Source: Dehalococcoidia bacterium (GTDB lineage Bacteria; Chloroflexota; Dehalococcoidia; UBA6926). From it: DNA of 64,000 nucleotides. The notes under the pieces are model-generated. The model was not told the DNA's origin, did no database searches, and saw only the letters and a list, made by a program, of their open reading frames with translations. The stretch lies in NCBI GenBank assembly GCA_963666115.2, contig CAXXET010000001.1:1-64000 (forward strand), read 5' to 3'. Shown here in pieces: positions 1-9,253 of the stretch. The translations under genes and the position numbers were made by a program. Positions within the stretch are counted from its first letter, which is position 1. Each line of letters opens with the position of its first letter.

Positions 1-198
1 GGAAGGGAGGATGCCTACCGTGAGGCCGCCGGCGTTGTACGCGCCCTTGCATACGGCCTCCATGACGCCGGTGAGACCGCCGCAGACGACGGCCATGCCG
101 CGCTCGGCGAGCAGCCTGCCGACTTCCTCGGCGGCTTGGAGGGCGGCGGGGGGCGGGGCGGCGCCGCCGATGACGGCGATCAGTTTGGCTCTGTCCAT
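1..198 (-). CDS. LOG/TIGR00725-family Rossmann-fold nucleotide-binding protein (5' part only, runs off window)
   Basis: Manual translation MDRAKLIAVIGGAAPPPAALQAAEEVGRLLAERGMAVVCGGLTGVMEAVCKGAYNAGGLTVGILP; AAGGAG RBS upstream. Confidence 0.85.
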   Translation of the reverse strand, partial: MDRAKLIAVIGGAAPPPAALQAAEEVGRLLAERGMAVVCGGLTGVMEAVCKGAYNAGGLTVGILPS

Positions 199-254
199 GT
201 TGGGCGGGGTTCTCCTTTGATAACGCTATCACGTTTGGGGGGCGGGGCGGACGA

Positions 255-2365
255 TTAGGGCTGCGTGGGCGGGGGTGGCGGGTTTGGGGGGCCTGGGGCA
301 TGACCATGAGGGCGGCGTGGGTGATTTGGCCGTCGGGGTTGTTGAATTGGAGGGCGCCGCGGTTGTTTTGGTCGAGGGGCATTGGGGTGATTTCGGGTTC
401 GCCGTCTGCTGAGAGTGTGATTAGGCGGACGGCGTAGTTTTGTTGGGCAAGGTTGTTGGTGAAATGGAAGCCGTCGGGCGTCCAGCCGCCATCGGGTTCG
501 GGGTGGGTGGTGAGGGCGGCAAGGGGGGCGGGGATGGGGTGGTCGACGGCGGTCCAGCCGTAGTCGGCGGCGGGGAGCCATGCGCCGGCAAGGGATACGC
601 CGTCGAGGCTGATGGATTGATCGGTCAGGTAGAGGAGGCGGAACAGGATTTTTTGGCCGATGAATTGCGAGAGGTCGAGCTCTTCGAGAATCCAGCGGGG
701 CTGCGCGCCTTCGCCGCTTGTTCCGGTGAAACCCGCGTCGAACATCGCGCTGCCTACTGCGATCTCCAACGTGTCCTGCATTGCGGGAGAGCGGAGGACC
801 TGCCACGTTTTGGCCGTCGTCGGTTGAGGCGGCGGCGTAGAGGTAGTCCCAGTTTTCCTCGGTGTCGTGGCGAAGTAGGAGGGTGAGGGCGGCGTCGTCT
901 TCGCGCGTGGCGGAGCGGAGGTCAAACTCTCGTGTGAGGCTGTAGGCGGCGGAGTCTTCGCTGCCGGCGTGCCAGAAGGAGCCTGCGGTTTCGTCGAGGC
1001 CACCCAATAAGAGGGTCGTCGTATCGCCCTTGAAGTCGATGGCGTAGGCGCCGGGTTCGAGGGGGAGAGCGATGTATTCGGCGGCGAATTGGGTGAAGGG
1101 CTTTGCGAGTTTGCCGTTTTCGTCCAGACGCGACACGGGGGACGGGCGGACATCGACATCCCCGGGGAACTCGATACCGAAACGGTCATCGAGATAGTTG
1201 GCGACACCCCAATCGGCCAGGAGTTCATAGACGTCCACGTCCGCGTTCATGTTTCGGAGCCAGGCGTCGACGCCGCGGAGGCCGTTGGCAGGCTCAGCGA
1301 CGAGTCGTCCCAGCGCGCCGCGCGAACCGAGGTAGTTTGTCGCTGATATAGCGCATGAGGAGGCCGGCGGCGGCGTAGTTGCATCCGGCGGCGCCGGGGG
1401 TGGGGGGCCATGCGGTGATCTGCGTTGGGGGGCAGGCGGTCAGGTAGGCGGCGGCGCGGGAGGATGAGCCGGCGATTTCCCCGGCGAGCACGGAGAGGCC
1501 CTCGTTGAGCCAGGTGGATTCATCGGGGTCTGAAAGGTTGTGGATCGCGTGCTGGAGTTCATGGGCGATGAGGGCTTCGTACCCCGGGTTGTGGGGGCTG
1601 CCGGCCTGGCCGCGCGCGGCGTTGAGGTAGAGGGTGTAGCGGCCGGTGGCATAGGGGTTGATGTCCGTCGGGTAGAGGTCTGACGCATCGAAGTAGCCGC
1701 CGAAGCCGGGATGTTTGCGTGGACGATGGCGAGCCTGATGTTTTGCGCGGCGGCGGGGTCGGCGGCGAAGTTGTCGATGACGGACGGGCGGACGATGTTT
1801 TCAATGCGGCGGGTTACGTCTCCGGCGAAAGCGGCGCAGGTGAGGCCGAGGTTTTCGTCGAGGTAGAAGTCGATGGTTTGTGTTGAGCGGCAGAGGACGG
1901 TGTCGCGTTTGACGCGGGTTCTTTCGTCGAGGTTGTAGACGAAGAATGTGCGCGGGGCGCCGATGGCGTCATGGTAGGGGGCGGGGGGCGTCAGGTCGGC
2001 GTTGGGGAGGAATTGGCGGGCCAGGGAGTAGATGTCGAGGGGGGGTGGCTCGGGGAGGGTATCGAAGGTGAGGGTTTGGCCGGTGTGGGTGGGGAGGAGG
2101 CGGATGAGGTTGGGGTTATTCGCGGTGGGAGGAGGGGGGGTGGGGGAGGAGGAAGGGGGGGCTGGGTTCCCGCTTTCGCGGGAAAAAGGAGAGTCAGAGG
2201 GGATGGTTGTTGGGGGTGGTGTGGGGGTGGCGCTGGGGGCTGGGGGTGTTCGGCGGGGGTGGGGGTGTTTTGTTGGGGTTGGCAGGCGGCGGCGATCGTG
2301 AGGGTTAAGAGGAGGAGGGCGATGAATAGGGTGGCAGGGGGCGTCTTGTTTTGATTAGGGCTCAC
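255..2365 (-). CDS. Secreted lipoprotein zinc metallopeptidase (M30/M6-like), multiply frameshifted in this assembly
   Basis: Lipobox-like IAAAC, Pro-rich linker, LIAHELQH (HExxH) at ~1549-1572 followed by DESTWLNEGLS; C-terminal immune-inhibitor-A-like segment (HDTEENWDYLY); frame changes near homopolymers, so the 3' end is approximate. Confidence 0.7.
2164..2188 (+). repeat. REP-like hairpin type A' (GGGTTCCCGCTTTCGCGGGAAAAAG) inside peptidase linker
   Basis: Identical to 16311-16335; dRS3-like TTCCCGC-TTTC-GCGGGAA palindrome. Confidence 0.85.
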
Positions 2366-2402
2366 AGTTGGGAATTATAGCGGGGTTGGGGGGGTGGGTG
2401 GG

Positions 2403-2804
2403 CTAAATGCGCGGTGGTGTGACGATCTCGCAGCGGAGGCCTGGAACATTGCTCAAGCGCTCGTCTCCAGTGACGAGACGACAGTCATTTCGTTCCGCAA
2501 TGGCCACGTACCAGGCGTCATATGGCGTGGCGTTGTGGCGCAGTTCCCAGACACGCCGGACGTATGGTTCGAAACCGCGCAGATCAATATCAAGGCCGAG
2601 GATGTCTCGAAGCGCCGATTCGGCATCGTCCGCAGAAATAGCCCGCTGAAACTCCATTCTTCGCAGCGCATTCCCCACCTCTGCGCGCACCAACGCAGGG
2701 CCGATCAACCCGCCCTCATGGATCAGCCGACTCGCCCAGTCCCCCTGCACACCGTGATCAGTGTGCATCAGCACCAGCGCGGATGCGTCGATGACCTGCG
2801 TCAC
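2403..2804 (-). CDS. vapC: VapC-family PIN-domain toxin
   Basis: VIDASA...AEVGNALRR...YDAWYVAIAE...LVTGD PIN motifs; overlaps upstream antitoxin by 4 nt. Confidence 0.9.
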   Translation of the reverse strand: MTQVIDASALVLMHTDHGVQGDWASRLIHEGGLIGPALVRAEVGNALRRMEFQRAISADDAESALRDILGLDIDLRGFEPYVRRVWELRHNATPYDAWYVAIAERNDCRLVTGDERLSNVPGLRCEIVTPPRI

Positions 2805-3070
2805 CGGCGGTCTTGGTGGATCGCTTCGACGATGGTCTCAGCCGATACGTACGTCGGGTTCTTTTCCAGACGCGCCCGCGCCTTTTCCACGGCTTCGTGA
2901 GCGGGAACCCAGCCCGTGTGCCAGCCGCCGTCGGCAATCGAATTCAGCTGGAGCAGGACGTATTCCTCCAGCGATTCGTTGCGCTTTGCCGCGTGCTCCA
3001 GGAGCTTTTCCCGCGTTTCGTCCGGAACGTCAGGGATCGTGATGGTGTGTTTTTTGCTCTTCTTGACCAT
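2801..3070 (-). CDS. FitA/VapB-like ribbon-helix-helix antitoxin
   Basis: ITIPDVPDETREKLLEHAAKRNESLEEY RHH pattern; coupled to PIN gene. Confidence 0.8.
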   Translation of the reverse strand: MVKKSKKHTITIPDVPDETREKLLEHAAKRNESLEEYVLLQLNSIADGGWHTGWVPAHEAVEKARARLEKNPTYVSAETIVEAIHQDRR

Positions 3071-3106
3071 GGGGGTATTTTAGCAGTGTTGTGCGGGGGC
3101 GCCCAA

Positions 3107-3133
3107 CCCTTCGACGAAGCTCAGGGTGAACGG
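3107..3133 (+). repeat. REP-like hairpin type C (CCCTTCGACGAAGCTCAGGGTGAACGG)
   Basis: Near-identical copies at 15619, 16192, 38230, 40312. Confidence 0.85.
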
Positions 3134-3179
3134 GGGTGGGGGAAGAAGGGGGGCAGGGTTGGAAGCGGTGTTCGGCGGG

Positions 3180-4479
3180 CTAGCTTCCTCCTACTGAGCG
3201 GAGTTCGGCTTCGATTCTCAGGACGGCGAGTTGGGCTTCTTTGAGGCTTTCCTGGACTCCCTGGATCTTGCCGATGTCTGTTTCGCCGACAGCCTGGTCG
3301 AATTCCTCGACGGTGTTCTTGAAATTGGTCAGGGCGTCATTTAGTTCCCGCATCCGGCTCCCGATCGTATCGCTCCTTTGGATGCTAAATCCCCTGAACA
3401 TGAGGTTCAGGTCATCCCTAACCTTGTCTGCGCGACCTGAAAAGTCGCGAACCGACTCGCGCAGTTCGGCCATCTCCCGCATACTGAGGTTCTCGTCCGC
3501 CTTCCCGACCGTGTCAACAGCTTCTGTGACGAAATCCTTGACGCCTAATTTCTCGAATTCGGCGGCAAAAACGCTGCTTGATCGGGGCCGCAGCGTCCGC
3601 CGGGAGATCTGCTGGCTGCCGGAAACGCAGCAGTTCTTGGCCGTCGATTTCCGCCGATACTGAGAGTTCAAACGAAAGAAGGCGTGCCTCCGGCATATCG
3701 AAGTTAGCTTCGGCTGTTTCGCCCGGCCGTAAATCGTTGATACCTTGCTCACCAACGCCCGCGCCAATGACACTTACGTTCCTGAAGACCACGCTGGGCC
3801 AGTCGGGACTTTCGGGTGCGATGTTGGTCACCTTGACGGATATATGAGCATTCCTTACACGATTATCTTCCGCAATGGTGACATCGCGCTCCACTTGCAG
3901 ATAGGATTGCAGTCGCCTCCAACTCTCCACCGGCTCGGTCGGCGGCTGCATGACGATCTCCGGTTCGTTCTCAGGGTCTGTTGCTTCTTCGATGGGTTCC
4001 CGGGTGATTTCTGTCATTGAATCTGCCATCGCGTCCTTGGTCATCCTTTCGATCTCAAGCGCCTCCTGCCGATTCAACGCCGCCAGGATGTCCTGCATGA
4101 TGTCGGCGGCTTGCCTGTACCGGCCCGGGGAAATCTGCTGCACGTGAGCCCAATCGTTGCGAACCGTGGTCAGCTGTCCGAACTGCCTGAATGCCCTGAG
4201 TGAGTTCGGGAATGATCGGGCGAATACGGCCTCGTGGTTCTTTCTGACGATATAACCGAAGTGGCGATTCTCCAAGAGAAGGTGGCGTTCACCTGCTTCG
4301 TTCTTCTCCCCTTCGGCGGCGATTTGTTCTCGCGGCTGTCCCCAGAATGACGGTAAGATGCCCTGCTCCCACCATTGCTCTCCATAGTGGGATTCCAGCA
4401 GGTCACGGATGGCGGTTCGCACGCCGTACAAGTAGATTCTGTGGGATTTCCCGAAAAGATCGAAGGCGTCTAGTTCCAT
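3180..4479 (-). CDS. Swt1-like HEPN-domain protein with central beta/Ig-like and C-terminal helical domains (frameshift ~3570)
   Basis: GEQWWEQG, RNDWAH (RxxxxH); ORFs 3514-4479 and 3180-3773 join into one plausible protein. Confidence 0.7.
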
Positions 4480-4640
4480 CGGCGTACTCCGTCTTGCGGC
4501 TTATGTTTGTGTCTGAGTTTGTCAGTATAGCGGTATCCCGATTGTACGGCGATTATTTGGCGGAGAGACGCTGGGGGGTTCGCGGTTTGGGGGGCGGCCA
4601 CGCCTGTGGGGGGGGGGTGTGGCCCTTGGGGCCACGGGGT

Positions 4641-4666
4641 GGATTCCGGCCTACGCCGGAATGACG
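4641..4666 (+). repeat. REP-like hairpin type A (GGATTCCGGCCTACGCCGGAATGACG); supplies the MATE stop codon
   Basis: Copies at 16274, 18278, 21579, 40616. Confidence 0.85.
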
Positions 4667-6054
4667 GAGGGGGGGCCGGGGTGACGGGGATGGGGGGGTG
4701 GAGTGACGGAGGGCGGGCTGCTGTCGTCTGGGGTTAGGGCGCGGCGGAGGAAGTAGAGGGTTAGGGCGGTGTCGACTAGGATTCCCAGGGCGAAGAGGAC
4801 CATGATTCCGATGTAGGTGACTTGCCAGATGTTGGTGACGTATAGGAGGAATGCGATGACGTATACGGTGCCGTTCGTGAGAATCGATTGGTAGGCCATG
4901 TATTGGGTTTTGCCGAGGCCGTAGAATACGGCGTCCGTCACGGTGTTGAAGCAGAACATGATGTAGGGCACGAAGAGGATCGCGAATGCGACCAGGGCGG
5001 CGTTTACGATGTCCGGATCGTCGGACAGGGCGTTGGCGAACGTGGAGAGCCAGGGGGTGAGGGCTATCCAGACGATCATCATTGCGCCGGTGATGAGCAT
5101 CGACGACCGCCATAGCAGTCGCACTCGCTCCAGATTGGCGGAGTCCTGCGCGACGAGGGCCTTTGAGGAGTCGGCGAACGCCAGGATCGGCACGAGCATG
5201 AAGCTCCAGAGTATCTGGATCGCGACGTAGTAGCCGCTGATTTCAGTCGTGCCGATGGTGTTGACCAGCCGGATGATCATGATGAAGTAGGCGGCGTTCC
5301 TGACCGCGCTGTCCACGCCGCTGCCCAGGCCGACGCGCAGGTAGACGCGCATATCGGCGAAGGATGGCAGGGTTGTCAGGTAGCCGCTCGGCATGCGGCG
5401 GGAGGCGAGCAAGAGTCCGATGCCGACGGCAAAGAGGATTGCGCTCGACAGCAGGGTGGACCATCCGACGCCGACGACACCGGCGTCGAGCGAGAAGCCG
5501 TGTCCGCCAAAGAGCAGGCTGTCCAGGGCGAACAGCAGCAGCACGTTGAGGATGGCCAACGCGAATACAATTTTGCGCATCCCCAGCGCCTGGAAGAGGA
5601 CGACGATGGCGGCGGAAAGCAGGGTGAAGGGGATGCTGAACACGTTGACAGCAAGGAAGGCGCTTGTTTGAGCGCGGATTTCGTCCGGCGTGTCAATGAG
5701 GTCGACGAATGCGCCTCGGAAGAGGAAGACAGCAATCGCAAAGAGGAATGACGCGCCGAAGATGAACGTCATGACGCTCTTGGCGCGGTCAAGCTGGACG
5801 TCGGCGCCGGAGCGAATCTGTGAGCCGAGGAAGAAGAAGACGGCGAGAACCGTCGCCTCCTGGAAAATCTCGACGATCAGGCCGACGAATTGCCATTGGG
5901 CGACGATGGCCAGGCTGCCCGTGTCCGGGATTTCGTTGCCGATGAGGCTGACGCGGTAGAGGTTGTAGAGGTTGGGGAGGGAGAGGAAGAGGAGGATGGC
6001 CGCGAAGAGGCGGTAGTCCCATTGGCGGAGGTGGTGTGTTAGTTGATTAAGCAT
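4651..6054 (-). CDS. MATE-family efflux transporter
   Basis: 467 aa, ~12 hydrophobic segments, two-fold MATE-like repeat (FQALG / FYGLGKT). Confidence 0.8.
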   Translation of the reverse strand: MLNQLTHHLRQWDYRLFAAILLFLSLPNLYNLYRVSLIGNEIPDTGSLAIVAQWQFVGLIVEIFQEATVLAVFFFLGSQIRSGADVQLDRAKSVMTFIFGASFLFAIAVFLFRGAFVDLIDTPDEIRAQTSAFLAVNVFSIPFTLLSAAIVVLFQALGMRKIVFALAILNVLLLFALDSLLFGGHGFSLDAGVVGVGWSTLLSSAILFAVGIGLLLASRRMPSGYLTTLPSFADMRVYLRVGLGSGVDSAVRNAAYFIMIIRLVNTIGTTEISGYYVAIQILWSFMLVPILAFADSSKALVAQDSANLERVRLLWRSSMLITGAMMIVWIALTPWLSTFANALSDDPDIVNAALVAFAILFVPYIMFCFNTVTDAVFYGLGKTQYMAYQSILTNGTVYVIAFLLYVTNIWQVTYIGIMVLFALGILVDTALTLYFLRRALTPDDSSPPSVTPPPHPRHPGPPSVIPA

Positions 6055-6083
6055 TTTGGTGTTCGCTATCGATTAGGGCGAAT

Positions 6084-6127
6084 GGGGGTTCCACCCCGCG
6101 CTTAGTGTCGCACGGGATGGAACCCCC
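6084..6127. terminator. GC-rich stem-loop downstream of small ORF
   Basis: GGGGGTTCCACCCCG...CGGGATGGAACCCCC inverted repeat. Confidence 0.5.
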
Positions 6128-6137
6128 AGGCTGCCGG

Positions 6138-6308
6138 TTAGCTCTTGCCAGAGCCTCCCTTGCCGGCCTGATCCGCAGCGGGCTGATCCCCTTCGGCGCG
6201 GTCCTCCCAATCGTCCGGGCGCTCATCGTAGCCGCGCCCCGACCAGTAGGCGTCGTTGTTGGGGTTCAACTGGTTGGCGTGATTGTCCATGTCACTCTGT
6301 CTGCTCAC
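6138..6308 (-). CDS. Small hydrophilic hypothetical protein (DNHANQLNPNNDAYW motif), 56 aa
   Basis: AAGGAG RBS 7 nt before GTG at 6308; MSRQSDMDNHANQLNPNNDAYWSGRGYDERPDDWE. Confidence 0.7.
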   Translation of the reverse strand: MSRQSDMDNHANQLNPNNDAYWSGRGYDERPDDWEDRAEGDQPAADQAGKGGSGKS

Positions 6309-6576
6309 GACTATACTCCTTGTGTCGCTGTCCTGAATTGGCGTGGCTGAACGCGAGACGGCGGCCACGATGGGCTGGCGGCCTCGCGCTGTGAGTCTAT
6401 AGGCGTTCCCTCCACTCCTAACCCACGTTGTGGGACGCCAGTCTCGTGGTGAAGACCGTCGCGGCGGCCCGGGTTCCCGTTTGTCCACTCGACCCATAAT
6501 CCGGCCACCAGTCTCGCGGACAAGACCTTGAGGTGGCCAGAGGTCTACTGCGATTTTACGGGTTGGGGTGAGGGTG

Positions 6577-7224
6577 TCAAGGGGGGGTGGGCCCCAACCC
6601 GTTGAACTGGTTCATGGCTTCGTCTATGTCCTGGCGGATTAGGGTTTCTATGCAGTCTGTGGCCCGTTCAAGGGCGGATTCCAGTTGGCGTTGTTCGTCG
6701 GGGCGGAAGCGGGATAGGACGTGTTTTATGGGGTCTGCGGCGTCGCGGTTAGGGTTGTTGGCGGCGCGCGGGCCGGTGGAGGACTGCGGGTTGTTGGTGG
6801 TGGGGGTTTGGGGGCGGCCTACTCCTATTCTTAGGCGGGGGAAGGCGTCGGCGCCGAGGGATTCTATTATTGATTTCATGCCGTTGTGGCCTCCTGCGCT
6901 GCCGTAGGGGCGGAGGCGGATTGTGCCCAGGGGGAGGTCCATTTCGTCTATGACTATGAGGATGGAATCGAGGCGGCGGCCGAAGCGTCGGACTATGGGG
7001 GCGACTACCTGGCCGCTGTTGTTCATGTATGTGCCGGGGAGGATTAGGCGGACGTCTCTGCCCCAGAGGTCTGCGCGTCCTATTACTGTGCCGTTGGATC
7101 TTTGTTGGAAGTCGATGCCGTGGCGTTTGGCGAGGCGCTGGACGACCATCGCGCCGGCGTTGTGGCGGGTGTTGGCGTAGCGCGCGGTGGGGTTGCGGAG
7201 GCCGAAGATGAGGAGGGGGGTCAC
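6577..7224 (-). CDS. pth: Peptidyl-tRNA hydrolase
   Basis: GLRNP..YANTRHNAG, TYMNNSG, GSAGGHNG, RLRIGVGRP. Confidence 0.97.
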   Translation of the reverse strand: MTPLLIFGLRNPTARYANTRHNAGAMVVQRLAKRHGIDFQQRSNGTVIGRADLWGRDVRLILPGTYMNNSGQVVAPIVRRFGRRLDSILIVIDEMDLPLGTIRLRPYGSAGGHNGMKSIIESLGADAFPRLRIGVGRPQTPTTNNPQSSTGPRAANNPNRDAADPIKHVLSRFRPDEQRQLESALERATDCIETLIRQDIDEAMNQFNGLGPTPP

Positions 7225-9230
7225 GCGCGGGCCTCATTTACGCGGTGGAGGAATTCTTGTTCGTTGATTATGGGGGTTTGGAGTCGTTGGGCTTTTTCCA
7301 GTTTGGAGCCGGCTTCTTCGCCTGCTACTACGAGGGTGGTCTTTTTTGTGACTGTGCGGCCTGCCTTGCCGCCGAGGCTGCGGACGATTTCCTCGGCCTG
7401 GGGGCGGGAGAGTTCGGTTAGGCGGCCTGTTAGGACGATCTCCTCGCCTGTCCAGGGGAGGTCGCCGGCGGGGCGGGTGATTTCTTCTCTCATGCGGACG
7501 CCGGCTTCGCGGAGTTTTTGGACGAGGCGCAGGTTTTCGTCGTCGCGGAACCAAGTGAAGACGCTTTCAGCGACGACGCTGCCGATGGTGTAGATGTCCG
7601 TGAGTTCTTCCTGCGATGCGGCGGCGAGGGCGTCCATATCGCCGTAGCGTTCAGCAAGGATGCGGGCGGTTTCCTCGCCGACGTGGCGGATGCCGAGCCC
7701 GAAGATGACGTTGGCAAGGGGGCGTTCCTTCGACTGGGCGATGGCGTCGATGGCGTTCCGGGCGGATTTCTCAGCCATGCGGTCAAGGTCGGCAAGCTGC
7801 TCGACGGTGAGGGTGTAGAGGTCTGCGGAGTCGCGGATGAGACCGGCGTCCAGGCACTGCTTGACGAGGGCTTCGCCGACACCATCGATGTCCATGGCGG
7901 GGCGGCTGACGTAGTGCCGGATGAGTTCATAGCCCTGGGCGGGGCAGGCGGGGTCGAGGCAGCGGTGGACGGCCTCGCCCTCCCGGCGGACGACGGGGGC
8001 GTCGCACTCCGGGCAGGCGGCGGGCATGGTGAACAGGCGCTCCGCGCCGGTGCGGGCCTCCGCGACGGGGCCGAGGACTTTGGGGATGACCTCACCGGCG
8101 CGCTGGATGGTGACGATATCGCCGATGCGGATGTCGCGTTCGCGGATGTAGTCCTCGTTGTGGAGGGTCGCCATCTTGACAGTGACGCCGCTGACCTGGA
8201 CGGGTTCGAGGACGGCGTAGGGGTTCAGGGCGCCGGTTCGACCGACGTTGACGCCGATGTCGTTGAGGCGGGTGGTTGCCTGCTCTGCGGGGTACTTGTA
8301 GGCGATGGCCCATCGCGGCTCGCGGCCCACGTCGCCGAGCAGGCGCTGGAGGCGGAACGAGTTGACCTTGATGACGACGCCGTCCGTGCCGTAGTTGAGA
8401 GATTCGCGCTGCTCCAGGGCATCGCGGTAGAACGTCGCGGCTTCGGCGAGCGTTTCGGCGCGGCGGTTGCCGGGGTTGACCTTGAAGCCGAGTTGGCTGA
8501 GCCAGTCAAGGGTTTCGGACTGGGTTCCGGGGGCGTCGCCGTCCGCCCAGCCGAGCGAGTAGACGTAGAGTTCAAGCGGGCGGGCGGCGGTGATCTGCGG
8601 GTCGAGCTGGCGGACGGAGCCGGCGGCGGTGTTGCGGGGATTGGCGTAGGTCCGCTCGCCGCGCTCCTCGCGTTCGCGGTTCAGCTCCTCGAACTTGTCG
8701 TTGGGGAAGAGGATTTCGCCGCGCACCTCAAAGCGGGGCGGGACGTTGTCGCCGGAGACCCGGAGGGGGATGCTGCGGACGGTGCGTAGGTTGGGGGTGA
8801 CGTCCTCGCCTTCGACGCCGGTGCCGCGCGTCGCGCCGCGCGTGAGGACGCCGTTCTCATAGGTGAGGGCGACGGCAAGGCCGTCGTATTTCAGTTCGCA
8901 GTAGTAGTCGATGGCCTCGCCGGGGATGAGGGCCGCGGCGCGGCGCTCCCATGCCTCAAGCTCCTCATCGTCAAAGACGTTGCCAAGGCTGAGGAGGGGG
9001 ACGGGGTGGCGGACGGTCTGGAATCGCTCGGAGGGTTCGCCGGAGACGCGCTGGGTGGGGGAGTCTGGGGTTATTAGGTCAGGGTGGAGTTCTTCGAGGC
9101 GGCGGAGTTCACGGAGGAGGCCGTCATATTCGCCGTCGGAGATCTCGGGGGCGTCCTGGACGTAGTAGAGGCGGTCATGGCGGCGGATTAGGGCGCGGAG
9201 TTTTCCGGCCTGTTCCTGCGCGTTGTCCAT
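7221..9230 (-). CDS. ligA: NAD-dependent DNA ligase
   Basis: ELKYDG adenylation motif, C4 zinc finger, HhH and BRCT (GSKLEKA). Confidence 0.99.
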   Translation of the reverse strand: MDNAQEQAGKLRALIRRHDRLYYVQDAPEISDGEYDGLLRELRRLEELHPDLITPDSPTQRVSGEPSERFQTVRHPVPLLSLGNVFDDEELEAWERRAAALIPGEAIDYYCELKYDGLAVALTYENGVLTRGATRGTGVEGEDVTPNLRTVRSIPLRVSGDNVPPRFEVRGEILFPNDKFEELNREREERGERTYANPRNTAAGSVRQLDPQITAARPLELYVYSLGWADGDAPGTQSETLDWLSQLGFKVNPGNRRAETLAEAATFYRDALEQRESLNYGTDGVVIKVNSFRLQRLLGDVGREPRWAIAYKYPAEQATTRLNDIGVNVGRTGALNPYAVLEPVQVSGVTVKMATLHNEDYIRERDIRIGDIVTIQRAGEVIPKVLGPVAEARTGAERLFTMPAACPECDAPVVRREGEAVHRCLDPACPAQGYELIRHYVSRPAMDIDGVGEALVKQCLDAGLIRDSADLYTLTVEQLADLDRMAEKSARNAIDAIAQSKERPLANVIFGLGIRHVGEETARILAERYGDMDALAAASQEELTDIYTIGSVVAESVFTWFRDDENLRLVQKLREAGVRMREEITRPAGDLPWTGEEIVLTGRLTELSRPQAEEIVRSLGGKAGRTVTKKTTLVVAGEEAGSKLEKAQRLQTPIINEQEFLHRVNEARA

Positions 9231-9253
9231 TGCGGCGCGTTTTGTGCGAGGGT

